Shown here: in pieces, positions 37,168 through 49,854 of the stretch
How positions within the stretch are numbered: the first letter of the stretch is position 1
Layout of the letters: the number at the start of each line of letters is the position of its first letter
Assembly: GCF_004010195.1 (NCBI RefSeq)
Contig: NC_057753.1
Location: forward strand, 535,776 to 599,598
Length of the DNA: 63,823 bases
Direction: 5' to 3'
Source of the DNA: Chiloscyllium plagiosum
Lineage: Eukaryota
Made by a program: the position numbers and the translations under genes
The notes under the pieces: model-generated
What the model was told of the DNA's origin: nothing
What the model saw: the letters and a program-made list of their open reading frames with translations, nothing else
Databases searched by the model: none

Positions 37168-38679
37168 AAAAAGAAAATGTGGTCTCGTTCCCTGACAGGA
37201 ATGCTTTAAATTTATGAGGTCCAATCAGAAATTGAATGGAAAGAAATCCATTTGTCTGTATTGAGAACACGGGGAATTGTTTTTGAAAAAAAAAACCGTC
37301 TAAATTAAGGGAAATATTAAGCGATGTCTTTTATGATCGAGATAAATGTTAGGTTCAAGGAATTTGGCTCCAGACGGAGGGATGCTCACAGAAACACTGT
37401 GTGTACGTTATACAACAGCAATGCGCGAAACATTTTGAAAGCTAATTTTGGGAAAAAAAATGAGGTTATGGGAATTAAGAATAATATTTCGGCCAGAAAA
37501 TAAGCGTTAAGTGTTCATTTCTACTCCTGGTGAAACTCTGACAACTGTGATAGAAGTCACAGTTCGATGATGGGGAATTGATCTATGTGTGCTGCCAACC
37601 TGTACAATGTGTTGGCGAGAACAGGGGAAACAGTCTGAGGATTCGAGCTGGGCCATTTAGGAGAAATTTGAGAAGACATTTGTTCACCTAAAGAGTGGTG
37701 AGAATGTGGAATTCATTACCACAGGAAGTAGTTGATAGTAATATATTGAATGTGCACAACAGGCGGCGAGACGCAGCACTTGGAGTGAATAGGGTAAGAT
37801 GTTGTGGGGAGAAAGCAGGATTAAGCTATTGATTTGGACGATTAGTAGGATCGTGAAGAATGTCAGAGCAGGCTCGAAGGTCTGAATGGCCTGCTCCTGT
37901 TCCTATCTTCTATGTTTCCATGTTTCAATATAGTAGAGATTCTACTTGAGTAAGGAACAATTGTGCTCCCTCAAGTACTTGAACAAGGCCTCCAGATTCC
38001 TTTTGTCTCTGGTGTGTAAACGCACTTCTGTTGATTTAACAAAACCACAATGATATCAAAATGAAGAGCTTGCTCAAAATTATTTCCTGATTATTATATG
38101 AGATCAAATTGCCTCGTCAGCAAGAAATGTAAAACAGATTATTGGAAATAAATCATTAATATTTCAAGACTTGGTTTTTGTTTTAACATAGAAAGAAATG
38201 CTTTAATAAGGAGAGGAGACAAGGTTTAGGGAGACGTATACAGAACGTCGAGTCTCGGAGGCTGAAAGTACATTGATTAGTTTTGGGACAGTTGAAATGA
38301 GGAATTCTTCAGAGACTCGTGCATCAATACAAATTTCTCACACGATTTCAGCTCGAGGAAATTTTAGAGTTAGAGTTGAGTGAAGCCATTGAGAGGTTGA
38401 GGAGAAGGAAGAGAATTCTGAAATCGAGGGATTGCTTGACATGGCAAAATTACATCCCAAAGCAGAGAGCCGGTCCTACGTACTGGGCCTGAGATTAAGA
38501 CTTGGCAGAAGGCGATTAGAAGACCCAAAGTTAGAAAGTGGGAGTTTGGCCAGGGATGCATTTTCTACATTGTACAAATTTGTCTTAATGTTTGCGCAGT
38601 AGATAAGCTCACCGTCAAATCAGACAGTGAAGTTAGATATAAAAATAGGTTGTCTTAACGAGGAAGTTGAGTGGCGACC

Positions 38680-39660
38680 ATTTAGAGGTTTATAAAATCA
38701 TGAGAACAATGTATAAGGTAAATATCAAAGTATATTCCCGAAGAGATATGAGGTCAAATCTAGAATGGATAGGTTTAAGGTGAGACGGAAAAGATTTAAA
38801 GGAATCTGCGGTTCAGGTTTTATTTTTTGCACAGAGCATGATGTGTATATGAAATGACCTTCCAGAGAAAGCGGTAGAAATGGTACTGTAACAAAATTTA
38901 AATGAGTTTCGGAAGGTAAATGAGGAAATGTTTGTAGGATATGGACTAAGTATCAGCAAATGAAGAAGGCCCTTGGAATGCTTTCCGTTATTGGTCAGTG
39001 CACTGAATATGAGTTGGGAGGTCATGTGACAGCTGTACAGGAATTGCTTCGGCCGCTTTTGGAATATTGTCTGCAATGCTGGTCTCCCCGCTTTGGGAAG
39101 GACGTTCTGAAACTTGAGAGACTGCAGAAAAGATTTACAAGGACGTTTCTAGGGTTGAGCTATAGGAGAGGCTGAATTGGCTAGGACTATTTCCCTTGGT
39201 GCGTCAGAAACTGATTTGTGACCTTATCAAAGTTTATAACATTATGAATGGTAATGAGAACTTAAATAGACAATGTATTTTCCCCTGTGTGAGGGAGTCC
39301 AAAGATAGAGGGTGAGGATTAAGGTGAGAGCGGAAGATATGAAAGACTTCTAAATGATATTTTTTTCTCATTGAGGATGGTGCGTTCATGGATTGAGCTA
39401 CCAGTTGGAGGTTTGCAAAATTCCAACATTTAAATCGCATTTGAATGGGTACATGAATAAGAAGGTTATAGAGGGCCTGTGCTGGCAAATGGGACAAGAC
39501 TAATTTCAGATATCTGGTCGGCATGGACAAGTTTGACCAAAGCGTTTGTTTCTTTGTTGTCAATGATTCTATGACCCAAATGGCACATGTTTAATTTGGG
39601 AAAACTGGTCAGCGTGGACGAATTTGACTGAAATGTTTCTTTCTGCTCCTTGGAATTTAT
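38680..39660 (+). mobile_element. Stacked CR1 3' fragments
   Basis: RPLLEYCLQCWSP...KLERLQKRFTR; repeated 3' UTR ends. Confidence 0.8.
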
Positions 39661-39859
39661 CATTCGAACAATTATGGAGCTCACCTCAAGATTAAATATG
39701 ATGCCAACATTACGAGGAACCTCTTATAGCAACATGATATTCTGATACAATTATATGATTTTTTTGGGTATTATTTCAGAGTAATCGATTGTACATGACA
39801 TCACCGAAACAATGTAGCCATCTATACACAAGACAGTAAGTTTTAATTTGTAATTTTAG

Positions 39860-40180
39860 GCAAACAACCTTCTCCACCAATCATCAGTCTACACTACTCT
39901 GCAACTGAAGAACAGAGGGCAAATGGATTTCTTCAACTGATTTGTCTCATCACCGGGTACTATCCTGAAAACATTGCAGTGACCTGGCAGAAGAACGGAA
40001 ATACCATACGTTCTGACGTTACAACTACATCTCCAACGAAAACAGCGACCGATGATTTTAGCTCGACAAGTTCGCTTAAAGTGCCCCTGCGGGAATGGAA
40101 CAGCGACTCTGTGTACAGCTGTCAAGTTTCTCATTCTGCTACCAGTAGTAACCAGAGAAAAGAAATTAGTTCAACATCGG
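39860..40180 (+). CDS. IgNAR: IgNAR C1 exon
   Basis: Acceptor ttttag| at 39859; (G)KQPSPPIISLHYSATEEQRANGFLQLICLITGYYPENIAVTWQKNG...WNSDSVYSCQVSHSATSSNQRKEISSTS; donor G|GTAAGA at 40180; 321 nt, C1-set Ig fold. Confidence 0.96.
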
Positions 40181-41029
40181 GTAAGAAAACTAAACAAACT
40201 CACAGGCTCACATTCATAAGCATAATCAGTTTTGTAATAAATATTAGACAAGATGGAAAATTATTTTGTTGGTTTATTACTGCGGATGAAGCATTCTTGA
40301 ATTAGTTGCAGTGAGTAATATCAATGGGAATTTGTAGTCCAGAGAAATGTTGCAGCAAAAATGAGTCGAAATGAACCAGGTACCTAAAACCGCTCTTTCA
40401 AAAAAATAGTGGAGAATAACATCTTAAATTATTCCCCTTTGCTCTGTATAGGTCTGACTGAAATAACCAAAGTTCTTGGAAGAAGACAGAGGAAAAGAGA
40501 CAGATATAGAGACATTATGAAGAAAGCAACTGAATGAGAGAGATTAGAGAGCAAACCTCTTAACTAACAAGTTTAGGCAGAGTTTCTGGATATTCTCGGT
40601 ATTAAAAATTCTTTATACAACGCTTTTGCTTATTTTCCAAGTCAATTCAGAGCAGCAAAATAAAGCCTTGACAATGCACACACTTCATCACAAAGGAATC
40701 ATTTTCAACAATGCTTATTTGTAAAACTGTCACTAGTGAGGATTTAGTATTTTCTGTTGCTGATTGCTGCCATGCAATTGTAGAAAGGATGTATTGGGGG
40801 GGACAATGTTCAGAGTAGCTAAGGGGAGAGATAAGGTGTCTGGTGGAACAGAGATAGACATTTGTTACTGGAAGAAGTTCGACAGAAACAACATGCATGC
40901 ACCAATATGTTTATTTGGAACATTCATTATATAGATCATCATTTAGACAGGACTTTAAAATACCTATCAGGGATAACGATCTCAATGACCTTCTGTGTTT
41001 AAAATGCATCGACCTCACGATGTGGTAAA

Positions 41030-41480
41030 TTTTCTCTGTCTCTATCAGTCTACCTTGCTCTAGAACTCTCTTTTATTCCTGTTAGTATTTTCCTCTGTCT
41101 TTGTCTATCTATCTGTGTGTCTCTGCTTCCTCTGATCGCTGTCGTTCTGTCACTTCATCTTTCTTTTCACTGATCATGTGTCCATGTCTCGGTTTCTATG
41201 TTTCTCTACATCTTGGAATTATTTCTACTTTCATCTTCCTATTTCTGCAGATTGGAATAATTTCTCGTGCATCAATTACTGTTGCTCCTTTTGCTTCTCT
41301 TAGTATTTGCACCTGTAGGTGTCCAAGCCTCTGTTTCTTATCTTCTTCCCCTCTAACCCTCTCCGTCCCTCTCTGGCTAGCTTCTTTGATCTGTCATCTC
41401 AAGCTCCCATTCACTAGCTTTATATCTCTATATTTCTACCTGACTCACAGTTTGCCTGTCTCTGCATCTGTCTCTATGTA
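41030..41480. repeat. TC-rich low-complexity tract
   Basis: Pyrimidine-rich TCTC/TGTC repeats. Confidence 0.75.
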
Positions 41481-41619
41481 TGATCACTTCACGGATCCAC
41501 ACGAAACACCTCTTTCATCCAAATGTTTCTCTGACTTTCCTTATTGCTTGCTCTGTTTCTTAATTCTATTGGCAGAAGCAAATGATGATGCAAATCAATA
41601 AACCTGAAAAGCAGCAATG

Positions 41620-41756
41620 NNNNNNNNNNNNNNNNNNNNNNNNNNNNNNNNNNNNNNNNNNNNNNNNNNNNNNNNNNNNNNNNNNNNNNNNNNNNNNNNN
41701 NNNNNNNNNNNNNNNNNNNNNNNNNNNNNNNNNNNNNNNNNNNNNNNNNNNNNNNN
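41620..41756. other. Assembly gap (137 N) in the C1-C2 intron
   Basis: Run of N. Confidence 1.
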
Positions 41757-41855
41757 ATCCCATCCTTGTTCACTGATTTTGACATTCTTGTTGCACTCCT
41801 GATTACATTATTGGAACAGGGACCCGAATCTGAATCTCTGATTTCTCTCTAACAG

Positions 41856-42152
41856 AGATCGCTGTATTATTGAGGGATCCATTGGTTGAAGAAATCTGGA
41901 TCAATAAAAGTGCCATTCTGGTTTGCGAAGTGCTTTCTACAGTTTCCAGTGGGGTAGTTATCTCTTGGATGGTGGATGGAAAGGTGCGGAATGAAGGCGT
42001 TCAAACTGAAGCAGCGAACAGAAACCAATATGTGACGATCAGCCGCTTGACTAGCAGCGTGGACGAGTGGCAGAGTGGGGCGGAATACACATGTTCCGCA
42101 AAACAGGATCAATCATCAACTGCAGTATCAAAACGAACAAGAATGGCAAGAG
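41856..42152 (+). CDS. IgNAR: IgNAR C2 exon
   Basis: Acceptor ttctctctaacag| at 41855; (E)IAVLLRDPLVEEIWINKSAILVCEVLSTVSSGVVISWMVDG...WQSGAEYTCSAKQDQSSTAVSKRTRMAR; donor G|GTTGGT at 42152; 297 nt. Confidence 0.95.
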
Positions 42153-42232
42153 GTTGGTGACAAGAAATATGTATTTGTACATGTCATTTTATTAAGGAGG
42201 AAATACTAAAATTGTATGTATTTCTATTACAG

Positions 42233-42550
42233 TCAAATCAATGAAGCCATATATCCGCCTCCTGCCTCCATCACCAGAAGAAATTCAGAACAGCAGCTCT
42301 GCTACTCTCACATGTTTGCTAAGAGGATTCTATCCTGACAAAATAAGCATTTTCTGGGAGAAAGACGGAGCTTCTGTGAACGTGAACATCACCAATTTCC
42401 CCACTGCTCTGGAACAGGACCTGACCTACAGCGCACGGAGCCTCCTCATTTTACCTTCAGCAGAATGGAAGAGCGGCGCAAAATACACCTGTATTGCCTC
42501 GCATCCACCTTCACAGTCCACTGTGAAAAGGGTCATCAGGAGCCCGAAAG
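42233..42550 (+). CDS. IgNAR: IgNAR C3 exon
   Basis: 80-bp intron from C2; acceptor tttctattacag|; (V)KSMKPYIRLLPPSPEEIQNSSSATLTCLLRGFYPDKISIFWEKDG...WKSGAKYTCIASHPPSQSTVKRVIRSPK; donor G|GTAAGG; 318 nt. Confidence 0.96.
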
Positions 42551-43974
42551 GTAAGGACAGTGTTCTAGCAAACATTTTTAACATTAACACTTTGTGCTAA
42601 ATATCAACAGAACATGAAACCTTAACCAAACATTCTAAGGTTCCAGCAATTTTAAAATTCTCTTGGAATGAAACAACTTTTGCACACTGCACATGGCTAT
42701 GAGGTAAACAGGAGAAGCAATAACATTCAACAAGCGCATGGTCTCAAGTAGTGCGAAGATTGCTGATATAAAAAATGGAAGGAAACTCTTGTGGTGCATT
42801 GCCCTCTTGTGGCATCCTGGACCAAGATGCCCGTGTTTACTTGCCACCTCCTCCAGAGTTGTGTGTTGAGTTATCTGAACAGGTTGACGAGAAAAATAGT
42901 TAACTAAAAACGTATATTAAGAGAAAGGGCTTAACCACAAGATTAATGCTTGAACGCGTGTTGTCTTACGAGAACAATGAAATTTGTTGAGAGGATGATT
43001 GTGTCAAAATGATTTTGTGTTTTGCTTGCTTCGGTCACTGCTTCATGCTCCTCCTTTGATACCAGCTCGAGCGGTTGCTGACAGTCAACTGAAAGGTACT
43101 TAGAAATGCAAACATTTCTCGACGAGTAGAACTAATGCACATGAATTACCTTGTGCATTTGAAGGATGATATTCTTCAGCCCTCCGCCCATGGAGGTCAC
43201 ATGAACAGACAAATAATTATGTTATTGACGAGAATAATTCTTGCAAATTACGGAATTGGTTGTACTTCCTGCTGTCCGCTTAGTTGCTGGATCTCACCCG
43301 ATTGTATTATGCACTGTGCTGAAGCCTGTTCATGTCCGTAAAGAAACGAGTAGCAATACATCAATTTGCAACACTGATCTCTGGTCTGTGGTCAAGGAAA
43401 TAGATTAATGGGCTGTGACAAACTTCTGGTCATTCACTTGCCGATTCTTATTGTGTAGATGTGAATGGAACACCAGTTGATTTGACAGACGGATACCAGA
43501 AAATCACATAGAACAGTGGAGAAAGAACAAAGATCCAACCGAGCAAACACTGCTCGTACATGTGGTCACAAACACTGAGCATGGTAGATTCCGTTTGGTG
43601 ACTACCCATGCACTGGAATAGCCATCAACTTGAAACTCGTGCAGTGATTTACCTCAGCTGATGTTTCGTTGAAAGTTACATGAGCATAGACTTAGATGAA
43701 TTCCATACAGTCCCTTTGTTTCGTCTTCCATCTGAGGAGTCTTGCTGAAAATAAAAGCATTTGCGCTTCTGCATTGGCAAGGACGTTTGGGAGTCTTACA
43801 CATTTGCTGTAGAATGGGATGCTTATGCTGTTTTTCTCCTGCTAATAGTATTAAATTCAGATCTTCGATGCAAAGGTGTCCCTGCTAAAATCATCTCAGC
43901 CATGCATTTGAAATTCTGAATTTGCTTGCTTTCAAAAGTAATTGATAAAACTCTGACTTCTGTTTCCAACGTGA

Positions 43975-45018
43975 GGAGAAATTGACGGGCTGTAAGAAGA
44001 CAGAGGTTTGTGGTTGATGGGAAATATTCGTCCTGGAGTTCAGTTACTATGGGTGTACCGCAAGGATGTGTTTTGAGTCCACTACTCATTGTCATTTTTG
44101 TAAATGACCTGGATTGGTACATTGGCGGATGACACTAAGACCAGTAGAGTTGTGGATAGTGACAAAGGATGTTGTAGGTTACCGAGGGACAGAGGTACGA
44201 TGCAGACCTGGATTGAGGGTGCCAAGTGGAGTTTAATGCGGAAAAGTGTGAGATGGTTCACTATGAAAAGAGTTAAATGAGTCAAGAGTACAGGGGCTAA
44301 GATTTTTGGTGGTGCAGATGAGCAGAGGGATCTCAATGTCCATGTGCAGAGATCCTTGGAAGTTGCCACCCATGTTAATAGAGTTATGAAGAAGGCATAC
44401 GCTGTTTTAGTTTTGAGTAGTAGAGGGATTGAGTTTCGGAACCATGAGTTCATATTGCCTCTGTGCAAAGTTCTGGTGCGGCCAAACTTGGAGTATTGCG
44501 TAATGTTCTCGTCACCGCATTATTGGAAGGATTTGGAAGTTTTGGAAAGGGTTCAAACGAGATTTACTAGGATGCTGCCTGATACAGAGGCAGGTTCTTA
44601 TGAGGAAAGGCTTATGGACTTGAGAATATTTTCGTCAGAGTGAAGAAGTTTGGGATGTGACTTCATTGAGACATATAAGATAACCAGAGGCTAAGATAGG
44701 GTGGACAATGAGAGCCTTTATCCTCGAATGGCAATGGATAGCACGCAGGGACGTAGCTTTAAATTAAGCGTGATAGATATGGACAGAGGTCTGAGGGAGT
44801 TCCTTTACTCACAGAGTAGTAGAGACATGGAACGCACTGCCTGCTGCAGTACTTGACTCGCAAACTTGAAGGGCATTGACATGGTCTTTGGATATGCATA
44901 TAGACGAGAATGGCATAGGGTAGGTTAAATTGGCTTCAGAGTAGTTTTACAGGTCGGGGAAGCATCGAGAGCCGAAGGACTTGTACTGCGTTGTAATGTT
45001 CCATGTTCCATGTTCTAG
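43975..45018 (+). mobile_element. CR1 fragment (same subfamily as 34980)
   Basis: GVPQGCVLSPLLIVIFVNDLD; KKAYAVL...RPNLEYC; tail TGTAATGTTCCATGTTCCATGTTCTA. Confidence 0.93.
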
Positions 45019-46401
45019 ATGATTAATTTCTTTCTGATCAGTTTTTTTTCACAATTCCATTCCCGCCACTATCACTTAATTGTATTAGCTGAAAGGTTGT
45101 GAAAAAGCAAGACTATTTGGATGGAACTGATCATGGAACGTAAAATATGAACCACTTATTGAGGAAGAAATGGTAATAGAGCGCGACTGAACTCAGGTTG
45201 CGAATCGACAAATTCATGTTAACAGTCTCCTCGGTTGAACAGAGACGCAGCGGAAGAGATGAACTCAGGACAGCCAGAGGAAAAGCAAGTATTTATACTT
45301 AAGAGTTTGGAATGCGAGACAGTAATATCAGTCAACAAGGGAGTAGTTTTTGCAATATTCCCGCCCAGACAACCTGACAGAGGCACTGACATAACAGAGG
45401 AACCGCATAAGCTTTACAATATGCGCACAAAATAAAATTATGCCGTTTGAACTACAGAATAGACACGGGGCAGCATTCCTCACAAGTATTATTGAAACGT
45501 TCAGAGATAACCCGTTCTGTGAATTGTGTAATTGTACGAAAATTTAAGGTAACAATACAAGCAGAACATTCAAGAACCTTCTTTTCATTTGTCCTTTACG
45601 TTATGCACAAAGAAAGTAACTGTTATTGTACTAAGAGCAACCATTTTTCCTTTAGCAATCTAAATGCATGCTTTCCCCTACGTTATGCATTCCTTTAAAA
45701 TTATCACATCTCTGAATAACTGTTAGTTTTGGCTATTCCCAACACCAGAGTTGAGAACTGAAAGACATGTGCTCGCAATATTTTAGATTTCCTCACTTAA
45801 CACTCTTCAAAGAAGAGTAATATGAAAAACATCTCTTGAATGGGCCCTTGACTGGAACTGAATCATGCAGCAACCATCTTTTATTTTCAAATAAAAGCCT
45901 GCCAAGGAAATAGGACAGCAAAATCTGTTGAAAGGATGCAATCAATCAAAATGCAGTTTGATACCAGGTCAATTTCTCCATGAGTTTTTCTGACACAGTG
46001 CAAATGATGTTAGCTCATGAACAGGAGACACGTATGATATGTGTTTGCTCGTCTGGTATCGGATTCCGCAGTTCATGTGGCAGCAACTATCTTCTGGCAT
46101 TGGTAACTGCAATAGGTGAAAATGTGCAGCACTCGAACGGAGACATTAGGCCTCAGTATACCCAAGGCAGAGCAGTTTCCTAATTGTTCAAGATTATATC
46201 GGAAATATTACTGAAGGCTTATCCATAATATTCAGAGTGAATGCAGCCAATACGAAAAGGAGGACACAGCATCTGATTAACTAAGCCTAAACGATCTCAG
46301 AAAACAGATCGCAGTAAGTAAAACTATTTCCAACTCTAGTAGTGTTTTGGAATTGATTTCGATATCACAGCCTGAAAACATGCATTCCTTTCTGTTTCCA
46401 G

Positions 46402-46722
46402 GTGATTGCCGTCAGACCGATATTGCTGTCAATCTACTGAAACCTCCATTCAAAGAGATTTGGACGCAAAAGACAGCGACCATTGTGTGCGAAATCGTTT
46501 ATAGCAACTTAGAAAACATCAACGTTTTCTGGCAGGTGAATGGGGCTGAAAGAACGAAAGGAGTCAAGACAGAAAATCCTGATTGGAACGGAAGCAAATT
46601 CACCATTGTGAGCAAACTTAAAGTCATTGCGTCAGAATGGGACAGTGGTGCCGAATATGTTTGCTTGGTAGAAGACAGTGAATTACCAACACCAATGAAA
46701 GCGTCTCTCAAGAAGAAAATTG
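46402..46722 (+). CDS. IgNAR: IgNAR C4 exon
   Basis: Acceptor cctttctgtttccag| at 46401; (G)DCRQTDIAVNLLKPPFKEIWTQKTATIVCEIVYSNLENINVFWQVNG...WDSGAEYVCLVEDSELPTPMKASLKKKI; donor G|GTAAGT; 321 nt; extra N-terminal Cys. Confidence 0.96.
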
Positions 46723-46974
46723 GTAAGTCGGGATGGTACTGCAATAACAACAAACTAGAATTGATTTCGGAAGTCTGAAATAAAAAAATATTTCGAAGAA
46801 ACAGAGCAGGAATGGCAGAATCTATGGAGAGAAAAATAGGGTGAACGTTTCCAGTCCAGTATGTATCTTTCTAAAAATAGTAATTTATGATACTTTGATA
46901 TAAGCCTGACTCATACACTAGTTCAATGGAAAAAAATCCTGTCAAACCATTAATGCATTACACTAAATGGCCCC

Positions 46975-47232
46975 AAGTCAGCAGCAGCAAGTGGCTCACT
47001 GGTTTGCACTGCTGCCTCAGGGCACAGGTTCAATTCCAACTCTGTGTAGAGGGTTCCCATGTTCACGTGGGCTTCCATTGCGAGCTCCAGCTCTCGTCGA
47101 CAGTCCAAATATGTGTATGTTAGATGGATTGGCAATGAATAATGTGCTTTTGTCGGGAGTGGGTCTTGGAGGGATGCTCTTTGGCGTGTGGGTATGGACT
47201 TGTTGGGCCGAATGGCTTGTTAAAACGCTATG
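46975..47232 (+). mobile_element. HE1/V-SINE-type SINE (decayed)
   Basis: GTGGCTCACTGGTTTGCACTGCTGCCTCA...GGTTCAATTCC...GGACTTGTTGGGCCGAATGG. Confidence 0.8.
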
Positions 47233-47524
47233 AGGAAATCATGGAAAGCAAATAGCCGTGGCTTCTTCTTTACTGAAAATGAGAGTGATGAACTGTAAGT
47301 GGATGAATCATTTGCACCCCACGAATAGCAATCTTTGCAAAATGTATGATTGGCTCCAAGATTTAACCCAGCAAAGTAGGGGACATGAAATGCTGTAGCA
47401 TTCAGAAATATTTGCATAGTCTGACAGATAGGAAATATTTTATAAACTATATGCATTATTAGCAATGAAATTCTAATGCAGATGTAACATGATCTCAGTT
47501 AAACAAACATCATTCTCTTTGCAG

Positions 47525-47907
47525 ACGACCAAATGCGTCCTCCTCAGGTTTATCTCCTGCAGCCATCGACGGACGAGATTGACACTGAGAATTCAGCGAC
47601 CCTGATGTGTCTCGTCACCAGCTTTTACCCAGCTGAGATCTACATTGGCTGGATGGCCAATGACACCCTTTTGGATGCCGGGTACCGAACCCAAGTAGAT
47701 AGCGAGGAGGGGAATGCTTCCAACGTCGTGACCAGCAGGTTGAGAGTCTCAGCGGCGGAATGGAACAGTGACACCACTTACTCCTGCTTAGTGGGACACC
47801 CATCCCTCAGCCGGGAGTTAATCAGGAGTACAAATAAATCTCATGGTAAACCGACATCAGTCAATGTTTCAGTCGTATTAAGCGACATTGTTAAATCCTG
47901 CACATAA
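47525..47907 (+). CDS. IgNAR: IgNAR C5 exon plus secretory tailpiece (internal donor at 47845/47846 for the membrane form)
   Basis: Acceptor ttctctttgcag| at 47524; (D)DQMRPPQVYLLQPS...CLVTSFYPAEIYIGW...YSCLVGHPSLSRELIRSTNKSH|GKPTSVNVSVVLSDIVKSCT*; IgM-like tail with an NVS sequon and penultimate Cys; G|GTAAAC internal donor. Confidence 0.96.
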
Positions 47908-48227
47908 CTTGCAGTGATTGACTAACTGTTTTCCATAGATAGGTTAATGTTACTGTGGCAATAACTGTTTAAGTAACCGTTTAAGCATTTTCAATTCATT
48001 GCACGCATCAGTCACATTTATGATCAGTGATCACTTTTGTAAAAAAGAAAGTAGCCACTATTCCAAATTGCATCTGTTGGTAAAAGATAATTAAGCTTAG
48101 ACTCTGAAATGCAAGGAAAGCCTTGTCTTGTAAATCTAATCGTTCCGAAGATCGCTTGAAACGTTCCACCCCGCTACTGCAGGAAAACTAAACCGTGTTT
48201 AAGTCTGTATGTGGCTCCGATGGTTCT

Positions 48228-48233
48228 AATAAA
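48228..48233 (+). terminator. Poly(A) signal of the secreted IgNAR mRNA
   Basis: AATAAA ~320 nt after the secretory stop, followed by T/GT-rich sequence (48249-48280); a second AATAAA lies at 48475-48480. Confidence 0.7.
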
Positions 48234-49262
48234 TGCAGAATGGAAATACTTTGACTTACTTATTCTTGGTTTGCATGTATAGTACTTCCAAAAAGGTGAT
48301 TTTGACCTTGATTGAAGTGTGTGATACCCACTTGTGAGTCGCCAGCACTGCAGCTTGTTTACATGTGCAGACCTTTAGAGCCACTCGGCTTCACTCTGAA
48401 TAAGCCACACTTATCCTCACCATTTTTGGCTGCATTCCTCCATCATGCAGAGCCAATGGGGCATCGCGTTGTTAAATAAAATGATTGAAGATATCGTGGT
48501 GTCAACTTGTTCAATGTGCTAATCAGTTCTCCAAATTGCCCTTATCTTCATGTAACCAGTCTTGCCAAGTACTCTACGTCCAGTCGTGACGTCCAGTCAT
48601 AGTCTGTCGTATTTGTGTTGCATTTTCACAAGGATCCATGCTTGAGCCCTCATCCAGAGCAGGCTACACGCATTCCATCACAGATATCATGCGAGCAAGC
48701 TCAGACTCCACTTCGACACTGATATCACATACTTCCCTCTCACAACCGTCTATTTTTTCTCTATTTACGTCTAATACATCCTAAGACGTGACATAAAATC
48801 AAACAATGCAGAATCCGAAATCATTGTCCTCTGTTCTGTCGACACCTCAGGTTCGTCACTCATTGGCATCATTCAGCTTTTGTCCATTTCCTGTGGTGAC
48901 AGTTGTTTTCTTTTCTAACTTGAAATTCGACATAAATGGAATATTTAAGCTGATCAATCAACCCAACAGAAGACTGCCATTTTGTGGTTTGTCTGCTTTC
49001 ACCAAAATCATACTGACTGTTTCACCCATTCGTTGTCTGCTATATATCTTTCACTGTCTATAGTCTTAAATTTACACCAAACTTAATTACCAGGCATATG
49101 AATTCGCAGAAGTTCCCATTTACCCATCACTACTGAACATTTCAACCATGTCTATTAATGCTTCCCTTGCAAAACGCTTCCTCACTTATCGAAATAACAT
49201 TCAGTGAGTCAAATTCGTGTTTGGATTACCCTTACCTTCACTTCACCAGTCTTTCCATATAT

Positions 49263-49520
49263 TCCATAGAACATAGAACAATACGCTGCAGAACAGGCCT
49301 TTCGGCCCTCGATGTTGCACCGACCTATGGACTTTTCTCAACTCGTCTCCCTACACTATCCCAAAAGCATTCATGAGCTTATCTAAGGATTGTTTAAATC
49401 TCCCTAATGTGGATGAGTTGACTACCTTAGCAGGTAGGGAATTCCACGCCCTTACCACTCTCTCTGTAAAGAACTTGCCTCTAACATCAATCTTAAATCT
49501 ATCACCCATTAATTTGTAGT
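49263..49520 (-). mobile_element. CR1 3' end
   Basis: (CATAGAA)n reverse tail; DVRGKFFTERVVRAWNSLP. Confidence 0.88.
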
Positions 49521-49854
49521 TATAAATTCTGATACAGTATGACGGATTGCACTCGTACAACATCACTCCTGCATCAGTGCAAGAATCGCTGCTTTGAACT
49601 TCACCCATGTCGAATCTCCACGCTTACTCTGACTATTAGCAGGCGAAATCAGAATCCACCTGGACAATGAAAGCATCCATTTGAAGTATTATATGTGGAT
49701 GCAAATCCATTATCAATTAGCTGATCCTATCGTTGGTGTAATAGCGTTATGTCATTTCCAACCTGTGCACCTAACAGACCATTTTCCATGTATCAGTAGG
49801 TCTCCCAGCATCTGCGAAGAGAAAGCATTATCATTTTGTTCAAGTGACCTTCAT

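Noticed and set aside
28561-39859. Class-switch (S) region in the J-C intron
   Set aside because: No tandem AGCT/G-rich array; the intron is LINE/SINE debris plus unique AT-rich DNA.
41101-41601. 166-aa hydrophobic ORF between C1 and C2 (possible alternative TM exon)
   Set aside because: Derived from the TC-rich tract; no CART motif.
45994-46000. Isolated CACAGTG in the C3-C4 intron
   Set aside because: No nonamer at 12 or 23 bp; expected by chance.
189-49706. Scattered perfect octamers (189, 9283, 47410, 49699)
   Set aside because: A few are expected by chance in 64 kb of AT-rich DNA; no supporting context.
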